DNA of 64,000 nt from Epiperipatus broadwayi (taxonomy: Eukaryota; Animalia; Onychophora): positions 17,980,001 through 18,044,000 of the forward strand of contig JAQFVV010000008.1 of assembly GCA_028023455.1 (NCBI GenBank). The letters run 5' to 3'. The notes below the pieces were generated by a model. The model ran no database searches. It saw only the letters and a list, made by a program, of their open reading frames with translations, and had not been told where the DNA came from. Below are positions 12,660 to 24,500 of this stretch, piece by piece. The stretch's first letter is position 1. Each line of letters begins with the position of its first letter. The position numbers and the translations under genes are program-made.

Positions 12660-13570
12660 TGAGAGCACTGCACCTAGATCTTAGGATCTAATGCAACATT
12701 CCAGCATCCACCTTTTATCTCCACTTAACTACAAAATTATGAGTCTTAAACTGAAAACACCTTAATGTTTTCAATCTAAGCCCATCAGCTTATATAGTAA
12801 TATGGGTCTGAACCCAGTTCAGTACCCATACATTTTGATGTCTTTGGTTCTTTAATAATCATAGCCACCACTATCCTATTAGGCAGGATTGGTTTTAAGC
12901 CAATAAACATCACATGATCACCTCATCTTATGCTTGTGTATAGCTATTGTTAAAACAGGCAAAACTCACTATACAAATCGCCACACACAGCAAGCTAGAG
13001 AAATCAATGGACACCAGAAGGCTTGTGCATAAAATCCCCATCTAGTGCCTACTCATCCAATATCTCAAGACTAGTTTTTGCCTTGTGGCCTTCATCAGTG
13101 AGGAGCCTTGGATCTGAGAGCACTGCAGCTAGATCTTAGGATCTAATATAACCCTCCAGCAACCACCTTTTATCTCCACTTAACTACAAAACTATGAGTC
13201 TTAAACTGAAAACACCTTAATGTTTTCAATCCAAGCCCATCAGCTTATATATTCATATGGGTCTGAACCCAGTTCAGTACCCATACATTTTGGTGTCTTT
13301 GGTTCTTTAATAACCATAGCCACTACTATCCTACTAGGCAGGATTGGTTTTAAGCCAATAAACCTCACATGGCCACCTCTTCTTATGCTTGTGTATAGCT
13401 GTTGTTAAAACAGGCGAAACTCACTATACATATTGACACACACAGCAATCAAGAGTAATCAATGGACACCAGAAGGCTTGTGCATAAAATCCCCATCTAG
13501 TGCCTACTCATCCAATATCCCCAGACTAGTTGCATTAGGTCCTAAGATCTAAATGCAGTGCTCTTAGATT

Positions 13571-13626
13571 CAAGGCTCCTCACTGATGAAAGCCACAAGC
13601 CAGAAACTAGTCTGGGGATATTGGAT
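13571..13626 (+). ncRNA. F1 hammerhead, core intact, stem II weakened
   Basis: uccuca CUGAUGA(13583-13589) aagccacaagcca GAAAC(13603-13607) UA GUC ugggga. Confidence 0.75.
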
Positions 13627-15204
13627 GAGTAGGCACTAGATGGGGATTTTATGCACAAGCCTTCTGGTGTCCATTGATTACTCTAGCTTGCTGTGTGTGG
13701 CAATATGTATAGTGAGTTTTGCCTGCTTTAACAACAGCTATACCCAAGCATAAGAAGAGGTGGTCATGTGATTTTTTTGGGCTTAAAACCAATCCTGCCT
13801 AATAGGATAGTGATGGCTATGATTATTAATGAACCAAAGACACCAAAATGTATGGGTACTGAACTGGGTTCAGACCCATATGACTATATAAGCTGATGGG
13901 CTTGGATTGAAAACATTAAGGTGTTTTCAGTTTAAGACTCATAGTTTTGTAGTTAAGTGGAGATAGAAGGTGGTTGCTGGAGGGCTGCATTAGATCCTAA
14001 GATCTAGGTGCAGTGCTCTCAGATCCAAGGCTCCTCAGTGATGAAGGCCACAAGCCAGAAACTAGTCTGCGGACATTGGATGAGTAGGCACTAGTTGGGG
14101 ATTTTATGCACAAACTTTCTGGCATCCATTGATTACTCTAGCTTGCTGTGCGTGGCAATACGTATAGTGAGTTTTGCTTGTTTTAACAACAGCTATACAC
14201 AAGCATAAGAAGAGGTGGTCATGTGATGTTTATTATATCATACTCTCTACAGTTACAATATAACATCAATATATGTGAAATTAAAAGTTATTAAACATGA
14301 ACGAAATATAGATATATGACACTTGAAAATATAATATATACCTGCAGATGTTTTTATAACTTACAAGTTACATTTAAATTGTCTTCCATAGCGTAAGCTT
14401 GTGGTTAAAACACCTGTAGAGGTCCATTAGCGAGGTTATAGCCTCAGTAAATATTACTTATGCAAAATTACAAGCAAAAACTACAGTACAAATAAAAATT
14501 TGACAAACATTTATTCAGATTAGATCGATTGTTGAATGCTAAAATAACAATATTTTAATTATCAATCATGAAACAGACAATTAAAAAAAAAATTTTTTTT
14601 TAAATTTTATAGTTATACCATAATTATTTGTTTTTGCTACAGCATTAAAAAAAGAAGCCATTTTTGACTTATCAAAGTAAAAATCCTGAAAAATACTGGC
14701 AATTTTCATTACCAGTTATTTGGAAATCTAATAAATCTAATAAAATATATATATGTTTTTCTAAAAAGAAATTCATTTCATAAGCTGCTTTCAAATTTGT
14801 AGATAAAGTTATTAATGAAAAAATTGTAGGGTTTATAAAACTTTTAACTTACATATACGAGCAATAAAGTATGAAAATCCTTACATTTGTTTATGTGTAT
14901 AACTGCTGTATAAAATATAGCACTTTTATTGCAGATATTTGACCTTTTCTTTTAAATTAAATGCAAAGGGGAAAAATCAACATTAACTTTATGTTTACAA
15001 TTTTTAATCTATAACTATATTTTTCATATAAAACATTAATTTTTGTACTTATTTAATCCTTATTTTTATATATGTTTTTAAGTAAATATATGAATAATTA
15101 AATATTTTGACAATTTTGACATTGAGCATGTGTATTATAGTCAATATTTAAAAATAAATATTGCACATTTACTATAACTTTGCTACTCAATTAAATATTA
15201 ATAA

Positions 15205-15437
15205 TATAAAATAACAATACGTGTCAATTGTTAATACAGAGCTTAATATAAATAAATAAAAACAAATAATATTTCCAAGCGCTTTCAACTCTTACGAGTC
15301 CTTATCAAGGCAGTGTAAAAAATTCTATTTTCTCCTAGGTGATGAATCTAACATTTCATTGTATTGGAAATATTATTTGTTTTTATTTACTTATATTAAA
15401 CTCTGTATTAACAATTGACACGAATTGTTATTTTATA
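15205..15437. mobile_element. Small head-to-head inverted PLE-type repeat with central hammerhead (family F2)
   Basis: 15205-15277 is the reverse complement of 15365-15437 (…GTGTCAATTGTTAATACAGAG…AAACAAATAATATTTCCA). Confidence 0.8.
15272..15313 (-). ncRNA. Minimal hammerhead motif, U3-A8 core variant
   Basis: Minus strand: cc UUGAUAA g gacuc GUAA gaguu GAAA gcgc UU/gg. Stem II has 5 bp with a GNRA loop and stem III is the palindrome AGCGCU. Stem I is only ~2 bp here, probably truncated. Confidence 0.6.
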
Positions 15438-16653
15438 TATATATATTTTATATTATATACAGAAGTATTATTTATTTATTTAAATATTAATAGCATTATT
15501 CTATGAAAATTTAGCCTGCATTGATTACGAATTCAATATCACATTATTTTTCTATAATGAATCAAACAATGACTATTTATGTATATATATATGAAGAAAA
15601 CAACTTTTAAAAAAGATTTTTTTTTTTATGCTTCATAAATAAAATTCTTTACATATATTGTAACAGGATAATAAATGATCTACTCCATTATCTCTCTACT
15701 GGTTTGGTCAGCGTTTGTAATGAAACAAAAAAAATTGCCCTACAGATTTTAGGCAACCATTTATTACTGACAAAAATAAAATAAAAAGAAGAAATGACCT
15801 TATGGTTTAAATATTATTTGTAGCAGAGCAAATCATGTACCAATAAATAGCAACTCTGTTATAACCTGTAAAAAATTATCTAGTTGAAGTTGTTAGTTAC
15901 ACTACGCAATAACAATGTAATAATTATTTAGATTATCCACAACACTAAATTAAAATACTGATGACAATCTTTATTAAAACCTAATTTATTCAGATAGCAT
16001 TTAAAACAAAAGAAAACAAACAAGATCATTACTTCAAACATCACCAAATCTATTCAATATCTCAAAATAAACTACAATAAGCAGTGAAATCATATACCAC
16101 TGTCTTAAACAATGATGTATGCTTAAGATATCCTTTTAATTTGTAATTGAATAAAACCAAAATCAAATCAATAAACAACTAAGTTCTGATATACTTTATT
16201 AATCAAATATTATGTATAGTAATGTAAATTTGTAATAAAATTTAATGATCTTCCCTAATTAAATAAACTAGTTTATAAATGGTTATGATAGCATTTAGAG
16301 AATGTTTTATAAATCTACAATATCTATAATATTTAAATAAAATAAATTATTAATTGGTTTTATATCTAGTTTAATAAAATGTTAATAATAATAATAACTC
16401 ATCTCCACTATAATTTACATCAATATACTATTATTGCTTAAATTATATATTAAAATGAAATACTCTACAAGAACGCATTATCAATGAATCTATTAGATAA
16501 TCTTGTATTTATAATATTCAATCATATCATTATATCAAATACAAAATAGGTTTCTATTGAATATTTACCAAATCACAATTAACAAATGCTATCCATCTAT
16601 TAAAATTTCCTGTAAATCAATTATTAAAATGCATTTTATAACAACTAAACATG

Positions 16654-16736
16654 GCATTGGCCGGGACGTGAACCTGCAATCCGGGCAACTGCCTGCAAGT
16701 GCAAGGCAGTCGCGCTAACCTCTTGACTACCAATGC
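16654..16736 (-). pseudogene. tRNA-Gly(TCC)-derived element / SINE head with altered anticodon (TGC) and two TTGCAG insertions
   Basis: Minus strand: GCATTGG TAGTCAAGAGGTTAGCGCG ACTGC CTTGCAC [TTGCAG] GCAGT TG CCCGG [ATTGCAG] GTTCACGT CCCGG CCAATGC. The acceptor stem is a perfect 7 bp, A/B-box-like motifs are present, and the sequence is colinear with the eukaryotic tRNA-Gly(TCC) consensus. Confidence 0.7.
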
Positions 16737-17046
16737 AAGACTATAAAACAATTATTTAAGTCAAATATAGGTATTAAAATTTAATAGTTAATTGAATTTA
16801 TGATCCACCTTAAAGAAATTTTAAAGATAATTAAGGCAAATCATTCTGACTAATGATACAATAAAATCTATCAAGATCTTTATAACTGAACAAGATAAGC
16901 TCTTAATAATTAACCATGAACTAATGAAATTATTTATACGACTGATATTAACTCATATAAAGCAAACAACTATTTCAATGTAATGACAATATAAAATTTA
17001 TATGTATATAACTTTACAAGCATAAAGCTAAACTAGTCAATATAAA

Positions 17047-17742
17047 ATCAAAACTACCCCAAATCCAAAATTAAACCAGACCAGCATAAAAATAATATAA
17101 AAAAAACACAATCTAAGGTTTCACTGCTACAGGCAGACTTCTCAAGTGTAAAGAACTACAAAAACTACACAATATACATAATATTAAAAACTACCCACAA
17201 ATCCATTCACTTCCCATCCACCCTTAATATTAAAAGAACTCTTAAATAAGTTAATTGCTTCAGAATAATAAATTTTCAATAATAAAGACTCTTTAATTCT
17301 TCTTTTGATTTCATTTCTCTCAAAGAAGACAATCTTAGCTTCATCAAAATCAATAGTGTGGCCTGTATCTTTTTTAAAAATAGATATCTTAGTTCTGCTT
17401 TGTATGTCCATGAAAAAGATACAGGCCACACTATTGATTTTGATGAAGCTAAGGTTATCTTCTTTGAGAGAAATGAAATCAAAAGAAGAATTAAAGAGTC
17501 TTTATTATTGAAAATTTATTATTCTGAAGCAATTAACTTATTTAAGAGTTCTTTTAATATTAAGGGTGGATGGGAAGTGAATGGATTTGTGGGTAGTTTT
17601 TAATATTATATATATTGTGTAGTTTTTGTAGTTCTTTACACTTGAGAAATCTGCTTGTAGCAGTGAAACCTTAGGTTGTGTTTTTTTTTATATTATTTTT
17701 ATGCTGGTCTGGTTTAATTTTGGATTTGGGGTAGTTTTGATG
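17047..17742. mobile_element. Young palindromic Penelope-like 3' fragment (arms 17047-17375 and 17413-17742; family F3)
   Basis: The arms are near-identical inverted copies. Mirror ORFs on both strands (17184-17429 minus, 17358-17603 plus) read HEKDTGHTIDFDEAKVIFFERNEIKRRIKESLLL (GIY-YIG C-terminus). Each arm ends in an HHR motif. Confidence 0.9.
17638..17681 (+). ncRNA. Type I hammerhead motif, U3-A8 core variant (F3)
   Basis: acac UUGAGAA au cugc uugua gcag u GAAA cc uua gg UU/gugu, with all three stems formable. The mirror copy at ~17106-17149 (minus) has a stem III mismatch. Confidence 0.7.
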
Positions 17743-19974
17743 TAATAACTATACTTCACTTACCGATATTGGTCTGATTTTTAGATTATGATACAATGAT
17801 CAAAAGAAAAATGAAGTTTTTCTTAAATAGACAATTCATCTTATCTTCTATAAATTTACTGTTACAAATTTATTTGCATACTTATAAAACAATTAGACAA
17901 ATCTATTAGATTTCAATAATTTTAAATTTATTGATTTATAATAAGAAATAATAATGATAGCAATAAAAAAAAATTACTATATGCAATTGATTAAAATTTT
18001 AACCAGTTGATATGACAAATACTATTTTTCTTTTCAATATATAATAAATTTGATTATCTATTATTCTAATAATTTATAACAAATAATAAATAAACATACG
18101 TGAATCACAAAAGTGTGTTGTACAACAATATATATAAATTGAAGGAGAGGTTCCAAATATTTTCCTTAGACTTTAAATAGAATATATAATGATAAAAAAT
18201 GTGATTTTATTTATTCATTAATATAATTTCTAAATAATTAAACCAACATGAAAATCTAATGTAAATTTAAATTCTTCTAAATGAATATCCCAAAGTTAAG
18301 TTTTAAATAAATAAAAAAAAAGAATATTTGGAAATATAGAGTCATGAATTAATCTATATCATCAGATAAATTAAAAAAAAAAAAAATCTGTCCAACCATT
18401 TATAGTGTGGATAGCTTATCATATAATAAAACATACATATTATTTGATCCTATATTTTAAAATAGAAATATGAACAAAACATACTTTTTTTTAAGGAAAA
18501 ATTTATACACAGACATCATACCACATAAGTGAAAAGTCTCATTTTTCCTTTTACCCACTGTCCCTTTATATATAGCTCCTAGTTTCATTGTTTCTGATTT
18601 AAATACAAAGAAACAATTCTTGAAGTAGAGATGAAGCAAGCATGAATAATAATAATAATAATCGAGGATCTTGAATTAAATTATCTTTTTTTTCAATCCC
18701 AATACTTTTCCTTTTCATTCAAATATAAATATGTCCAATTTATTTTCTAAAGAGTAGTTAGTTAGATGAGACAACATTATATACCACTGGAATTTTACTT
18801 TTATTTGTAATGATATATAAAGAAACGTTTTTTCATTGACAAATTCAGTTACAATCCAAACGAGTAATAAATGCTAACGTTTTTCTAAGTCAATAAGATG
18901 AAATTTCAATTACATAATATCACACAGAAATTAAACCAATTGATCTCATAATATTCCTTGATCAAAAATATGATATCCATATATACATCATGAGGTTTGT
19001 ATTCATCACAAATATATAGATGAAATCCCAAATTTTAATAATGGAATATTTTATAGCTTACATGTTTTAAAAATGAATTTTTGATTATTTTTTCTTTCTT
19101 CTTTTAAAATACATCCTACCATTTCTCTTGGAATTTTATCAACAAACTACCCTCAACTGAAAGGGCAGATTAAGTTTTATTCTTCCATTATATTTTAGTA
19201 ATTACTCACTTTTAAAGTAAAGTAACAATTTCTAAAGACAAATTTAAAAGCATCTGTTCTAGATAATGATAAAAAATAGAAGACTTGAGTCAAAATGGTT
19301 CAGTTCTATTTATAACTTATTTTTGCTGACGTCAATGTTGTTAGGATAACTCTTCAATTGAACTCAATGGTCACTCTTTGGTATAAAAATTATTTTTAAT
19401 AGCAAATAAAAATGAAGACTTTCAGAAAACATTTGATACAATAAAAAAATTTTTTGTTTTATAATTTTAATATTATTTTTCATTTCAACTAAAAACAAAG
19501 AACTCACATGACATTTTCTATATAACCTAATAAAATGTGTTTTTAACATATATCTTCAATATATCCCACTGCTAATAAATAAGCAAACATATATGAAATA
19601 TTTAATTTTGTAATAAATAAGTTGCTATGGTGAATAAAGTAATAAAAGTTGAAACACATAATAATAATAATTTTATTCAAGTGATCTATTTTCTAATTCA
19701 CTTAATTTTTCTTTTAAAATTGACTACAACCAATTTATGATTTGATATTAATAATAAATAAGAATGTTGTTTTAATATTATGGTTGCAATAGTTAATTAG
19801 TTAATTTATATAATTCAACACCTCCATTATCCATAAATCAAATCAAATAGAAAAAATAAGATCAATATATTTTCCTTTTTTTTATACACTGTAATATACA
19901 ACTCACATTTGAGTAGGTACAATACATATATATATATATATATTATTAATTCTAATATTCTCATGGATAAAAGA

Positions 19975-21335
19975 TGAATTCATAGTATTATTTCCAGGAG
20001 TTTTTGTATAATAAAAATATAACAGATAAATAACTAACACTTCAGTATAATAACAAGTATTTTCCTCAGAATTTCTTTTTTCTCAAATCATAAGAATGTG
20101 TGTGGTAAGATTTAAAATAATTTTCATTTGTTATTTTCTTCTCATTCTTAAATTCTACTGATTGAGACATTTTAAAAAATATTTTATTCCTCCAATAGCT
20201 TTTTCCAAATATTGTTAATTTTCTTTAATTCACACTTTTGATTTATGCGTTTAGGCCTTTTAAAAATCTCTATAGCTGTCCTTGGCAGTCTATGGTCATA
20301 TTGTTTAATTTTTGCCAAAATATGTGTTTCATTAAATTTGATGTCGTGATTAGTTAATTTAATGTGTGAATAAATAATGGCCAATGAATTAGATTTTTCT
20401 TTAACTGCCAAAATGTGTTGTTCTTTTCTTATATTTATTCTACAATCGGTCTGTCCAATATATGAATGCAAACAAACTTCACATGTAATTTCATATACAC
20501 TACGATACTTTAAAAGAATTTTATCTTTAGGGAGTGGAAATACTTCATTAATTTTTTTAAATGTAGTATAAATTGTGCGATATTATTTTTTTTAAAAAAA
20601 TTACCAATTTTATCAGTTACTCCATTTATATATGGCAGAACAATCTTAATTTTTGAAGTATCAAAATCTTTTTTCTTATTATATAAAAAAAACCCATTAA
20701 TAATCCTGTGATCAAAACCATTAAATTGGTAATGTTTTAAAAAAAAATAATATCCACACAATTTATAATACATTTAAAAAAATTAATGAAGTATTTCCAT
20801 ACTCTAAAGATAAAATTCCTTTGGAGTCTCATAGTGCATATGAAATTCTATATGTGGAGTTTGTTTACATTCATACATTGGACAGACTAATGGTAGAATA
20901 AACATAAGACAAGAACACATTTTGGCAGTTAAAGAAAAATCTAATTTATTAGTCATTTATTCACACATTAAATTAACTAACCATGACATCAATTTTAATA
21001 AAACACATATTCTGGCAAAAATTGAACAATATAACCAGAGACTGCTAAGGGAAGTTATAGAGATTTTAAAAGGCCTAAGAACATAAATGAAATTAAGAAT
21101 ATTTGGAAAAAACTATTAGAAGATAAAATATTTTTTAAAAAGTCTCAATCAATAGAATTTGAGAATGAGGAAAAAATAATAAAGAAAAAAAATAATTTAA
21201 AATTTCACCACACACATTCTTATGATTTGAGAAAGAAGTTCTGAGGAAAGCACTTGTTATTGTATTGAAACATCAACTATTTAGCTATTATATTTTTATT
21301 ACATGGAAGTTCCCACAAATAATACTATGAATTCA
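19975..21335. mobile_element. Palindromic Penelope-like element (arms ~19975-20578 minus and ~20757-21335 plus; family F4)
   Basis: ORF 20184-20471 reads SYIGQTDCRINIRKEQH...AIEIFKRPKRIN (GIY-YIG). ORF 20510-20773 reads IVLPYINGVTDKIGNFFKKNNI (PLE linker). The right arm is an inverted copy. Confidence 0.9.
21237..21278 (+). ncRNA. Minimal hammerhead motif (F4), slightly decayed
   Basis: aguu CUGAGGA aagcac uuguuauu guauu GAAA ca UC/aacu, with stem I aguu/aacu. A more degraded mirror copy lies at ~20035-20072 on the minus strand. Confidence 0.6.
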
Positions 21336-21426
21336 TATATATCATTACATATATATAGTACAATATTAATATTATTCAATTTTTGTTATTTGTATTAACT
21401 TCACATTTTTATTTTTAATTATTTAC

Positions 21427-21594
21427 CTCGTAAAATTTCTGGAACTACACCAGCATTTTGACATTGAACATTCAATGCTTCACAGATAGCAGCACCAATT
21501 TTTGGATCTCCTATTCCTAAAATCACTTTTTCATTTTTTTTTGGTTTAGGTAAATTTGTATCTAAAAATTCACGTAAGTCATTGTGCACAATTC
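21427..21594 (-). CDS. NOP56: Nucleolar protein 56, internal coding exon (168 nt, phase 1/1)
   Basis: Translates (G)IVHNDLREFLDTNLPKPKKNEKVILGIGDPKIGAAICEALNVQCQNAGVVPEILR(G), matching the NOP56 segment VVHEDLR...LGVGDPKIGAAI...EILRG. The acceptor is TTTTATAG and the donor GTAAAT. Confidence 0.95.
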
Positions 21595-24500
21595 CTATAA
21601 AAATAAATAAATAAATAAAAATTATAGAACTTGAAAGGAATGCATTATAATATTTGTAATAGTATATTAACATATATCCTTAGTCAAATGTAAATCACAT
21701 TCAATATCCATCATACAATAAATATGATATTTTATAAATTTTAAGTTTTTTCATCACTCCATCTAAGTGATTTTCACGAATAATATAATTCTTTATTTGC
21801 TAATTATCTTCTTATTAAAGCTATATCTCTAACTGAAATCTTATATACCAAAGAATAATTTAAATAATATTTAGAATATTAAGTAATGCCATTTTAAATT
21901 TTATATTAGTCATCTAATAACTTTACTACTATTTACTCTTGTTCTAATCCTCTCATAGAACTTTCTAATATATCACTTACAATTCCATATTCTTCATTGC
22001 AAATAAACCAATCTTTTTATTTCATATTAATAGCTTTATCCTTAAACTATTCTAACTACTTTAGCATTCATTATATTTTAAATCATTTTATTCCTAATAA
22101 ACCCCCCCCCCCCCAACAATCTAAATGTATGTAGAACACATTTCTTTAACTAACTATTTTCCACAAAATAAATTTATATTGCACTAACTTCACAGAAGGT
22201 GAAATTCCAAGTAATATTAAAAAATATTATAAAAAAAAAATTGTTCATAACATTGTCTTATTAAAAAGTGTGAACCTTGAAACAATTTTTAAATATTATC
22301 AAGAATTTGAATATAAAAATGCTAAATATCCACTAATATTTATGTTATTAAGATTGAAATTTCATCTAGAAATATTTCATTAATATTGTATATATATTAT
22401 TTGTTTTTTAATTTTGTGATATCTATGTAATATCAAGTTATGTTGTTGATATTGGTTTATTAAAAAAGTAATGTTTATCATAGTCTAAAAATGAAGGTTT
22501 AAAAGAAATTGATTTTAAATAAATATTAAAATACAGTATTGAGAAGTCTTGAAGAATCCATAAACTTTTTCTAAAATCAAATTTAGTTGCTCTAAGGAGT
22601 AGAATAATTCAAAACAATAAGATTTGAGAAAATAATATTGATTTTTATCAAATGACAATATTCTAAATATTTTATATTCTCAAAGAGATAAGACTCATTG
22701 CGTATAAATAAGTCACTGATTATTATTTGGATTAATTTTAAAAATTAAATGGTAGAATAATATCAAATAATACTGGAACCATAAATGCTATAAATTTTTT
22801 TTAAAAAAGTCTGTTATATATACAATATAAGTATATTAATATACTATTTGAAATTTTATATTTTATAGTGGAAAAAACTATTTTATTTACTTATGAATTG
22901 TTTTAAATCTCTTATGGAATCAGAATCTTAGCAAACTATTTGTTTAAACACCAACACATTAATTATTCTTAATTTTGATCATCTAAGTTTGCAAATCAAA
23001 TTTAATGCAGCAAACTCAGTAATAAATATATAGCATGTCACAAGTAACTCTTAAAAACTCAATAAAAAGCAATAAGATTTTCAAGAGAAAATCTCACATT
23101 CTTTACTGGTATTTCAAATTAATCAAATTTCATTTTCATATACCTTTGATGTATTACATGTTAAAGCATTATAAAGGAAAATTTATGTATACTTAAGATT
23201 AATTATATGCAGAGATGCTGAACAGGACTTTTAACATTCAATGTGTCTATCTGTAGTGTGATACAGTCTTAAATCTTTTCTAATGTTTAATGAAAGAGCT
23301 TTCATGAGGTTAACAAAACTGTTACAGGAAATTACATTTGAAGAATTCAACCAAAGAATTTCATGTAAAAATTTATATATAGGAAATAAAACTAAATAGT
23401 GAAATCAGGCATCAGGCAAACACTGTATTTATAAAATAAAAAATTTAAATAAATAATCAAAAACTGAAAAAAATTGAGTTTTCATATAGGAGTACAATTA
23501 AATTTAAATTATTTTAACAAAAACATATGCTATGCTAAATAACTTTTTTTGTTTTAGTATGGAAAAAAAATGGTTGCCAATAATTTTTTTTTTTTTAAAT
23601 TCATTTTAACAATTCAAGGTAAAAGATATATACCACATTTCATCTGAACTAAGTCAAGTGCAATTTTACTCCCAAGTTACCATTAATAAATAAATACAGC
23701 AGACACAAAAAATGTGTGTATATACACATATATTCATTAGAAATTACTCAGAAATGAGTATAGCATCTTGATCTAAAAAAAAAAAAAAAATTGGAGGAAA
23801 AGAACAAAAACTTAAGGAGGAGTTTTGTAATGATTATACAAATCAATCTATAGAAACACAAATACATCCATTTACAATGTGAGCTGATCCAAATACCAAT
23901 GTTAAAATTTTTTAACAAAAATAAAAACTATTCACTTTGGACAAGTGCTAATAAAAAAAAAGTAGCAAAATTATTTATGAAATTAAGCAATTTTATCTGT
24001 GTATTAAAATATAATACATATGTAATAGTAATATATTATAACATACATATCTTCTGTTTCAATAAATAATTGTAGATACAATTTAAATTGCCAGCATAAT
24101 GGAAGTTTTCACTTAAGAGTGAAATAAATTCACAGAGATAAAAACTTAATGAGAGAAAATCTTTTTATATTAAATACAAGAAAAGTACTCTACATTTAAC
24201 CAAAATAAAAAATATTTTTTAATTGTTTGTAAGTAATCCAAACTCATTCTAATTATTTTGCTTATACAATCAAATATGTAAAGACAAATTTCTCATTTTG
24301 TGAGAGAGTTTTGCTTCTAAAAATTGCAAAAGTATGTCCTATGATGTTTAAAAAAATATATTTGGAAAAAAAAAAGAGTTATGCTTTGTTATAATATAAA
24401 AGATTTTCAAAAATAAATCGTAAATAAAAAGATGAATGAGAAAAAATTAAAATAAGTATAATATTTTTTATAATTATTTTAGATTACTCATCAGGAATCC

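Larger units (their letters stand above)
12495..14231. mobile_element. Multimeric, head-to-head inverted array of a 455-bp hammerhead-bearing unit (retrozyme / PLE pseudo-LTR family F1)
   Basis: The unit start TTAAAACAGG occurs at 12495, 12950 and 13405 (period 455). The orientation flips at ~13530, and HHR cores on the plus arm lie at 13583 and 14038 (period 455). ATTATATCATA flanks the array at 12484-12494 and 14232-14242. Confidence 0.9.

Noticed and set aside
13220-13408. Small ORFs in F1 units (also 48792-49001 and 62032-62253)
   Set aside because: They are not conserved as open frames between copies. At most the HHR-sense strand holds a decayed GIY-YIG tail (GHVMF…KPIL…AMVIKEPK), which I could not confirm.
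14375-14460. Possible H/ACA snoRNA (minus strand, ends ACAatt)
   Set aside because: There is no ANANNA H box at a sensible position and the hairpins are weak.
21680-21766. Possible C/D snoRNA on the minus strand ~90 nt upstream of the NOP56 acceptor (GTGATGA ... TTGA)
   Set aside because: The D box is TTGA, not CTGA, and I could not find a contiguous rRNA-complementary guide.
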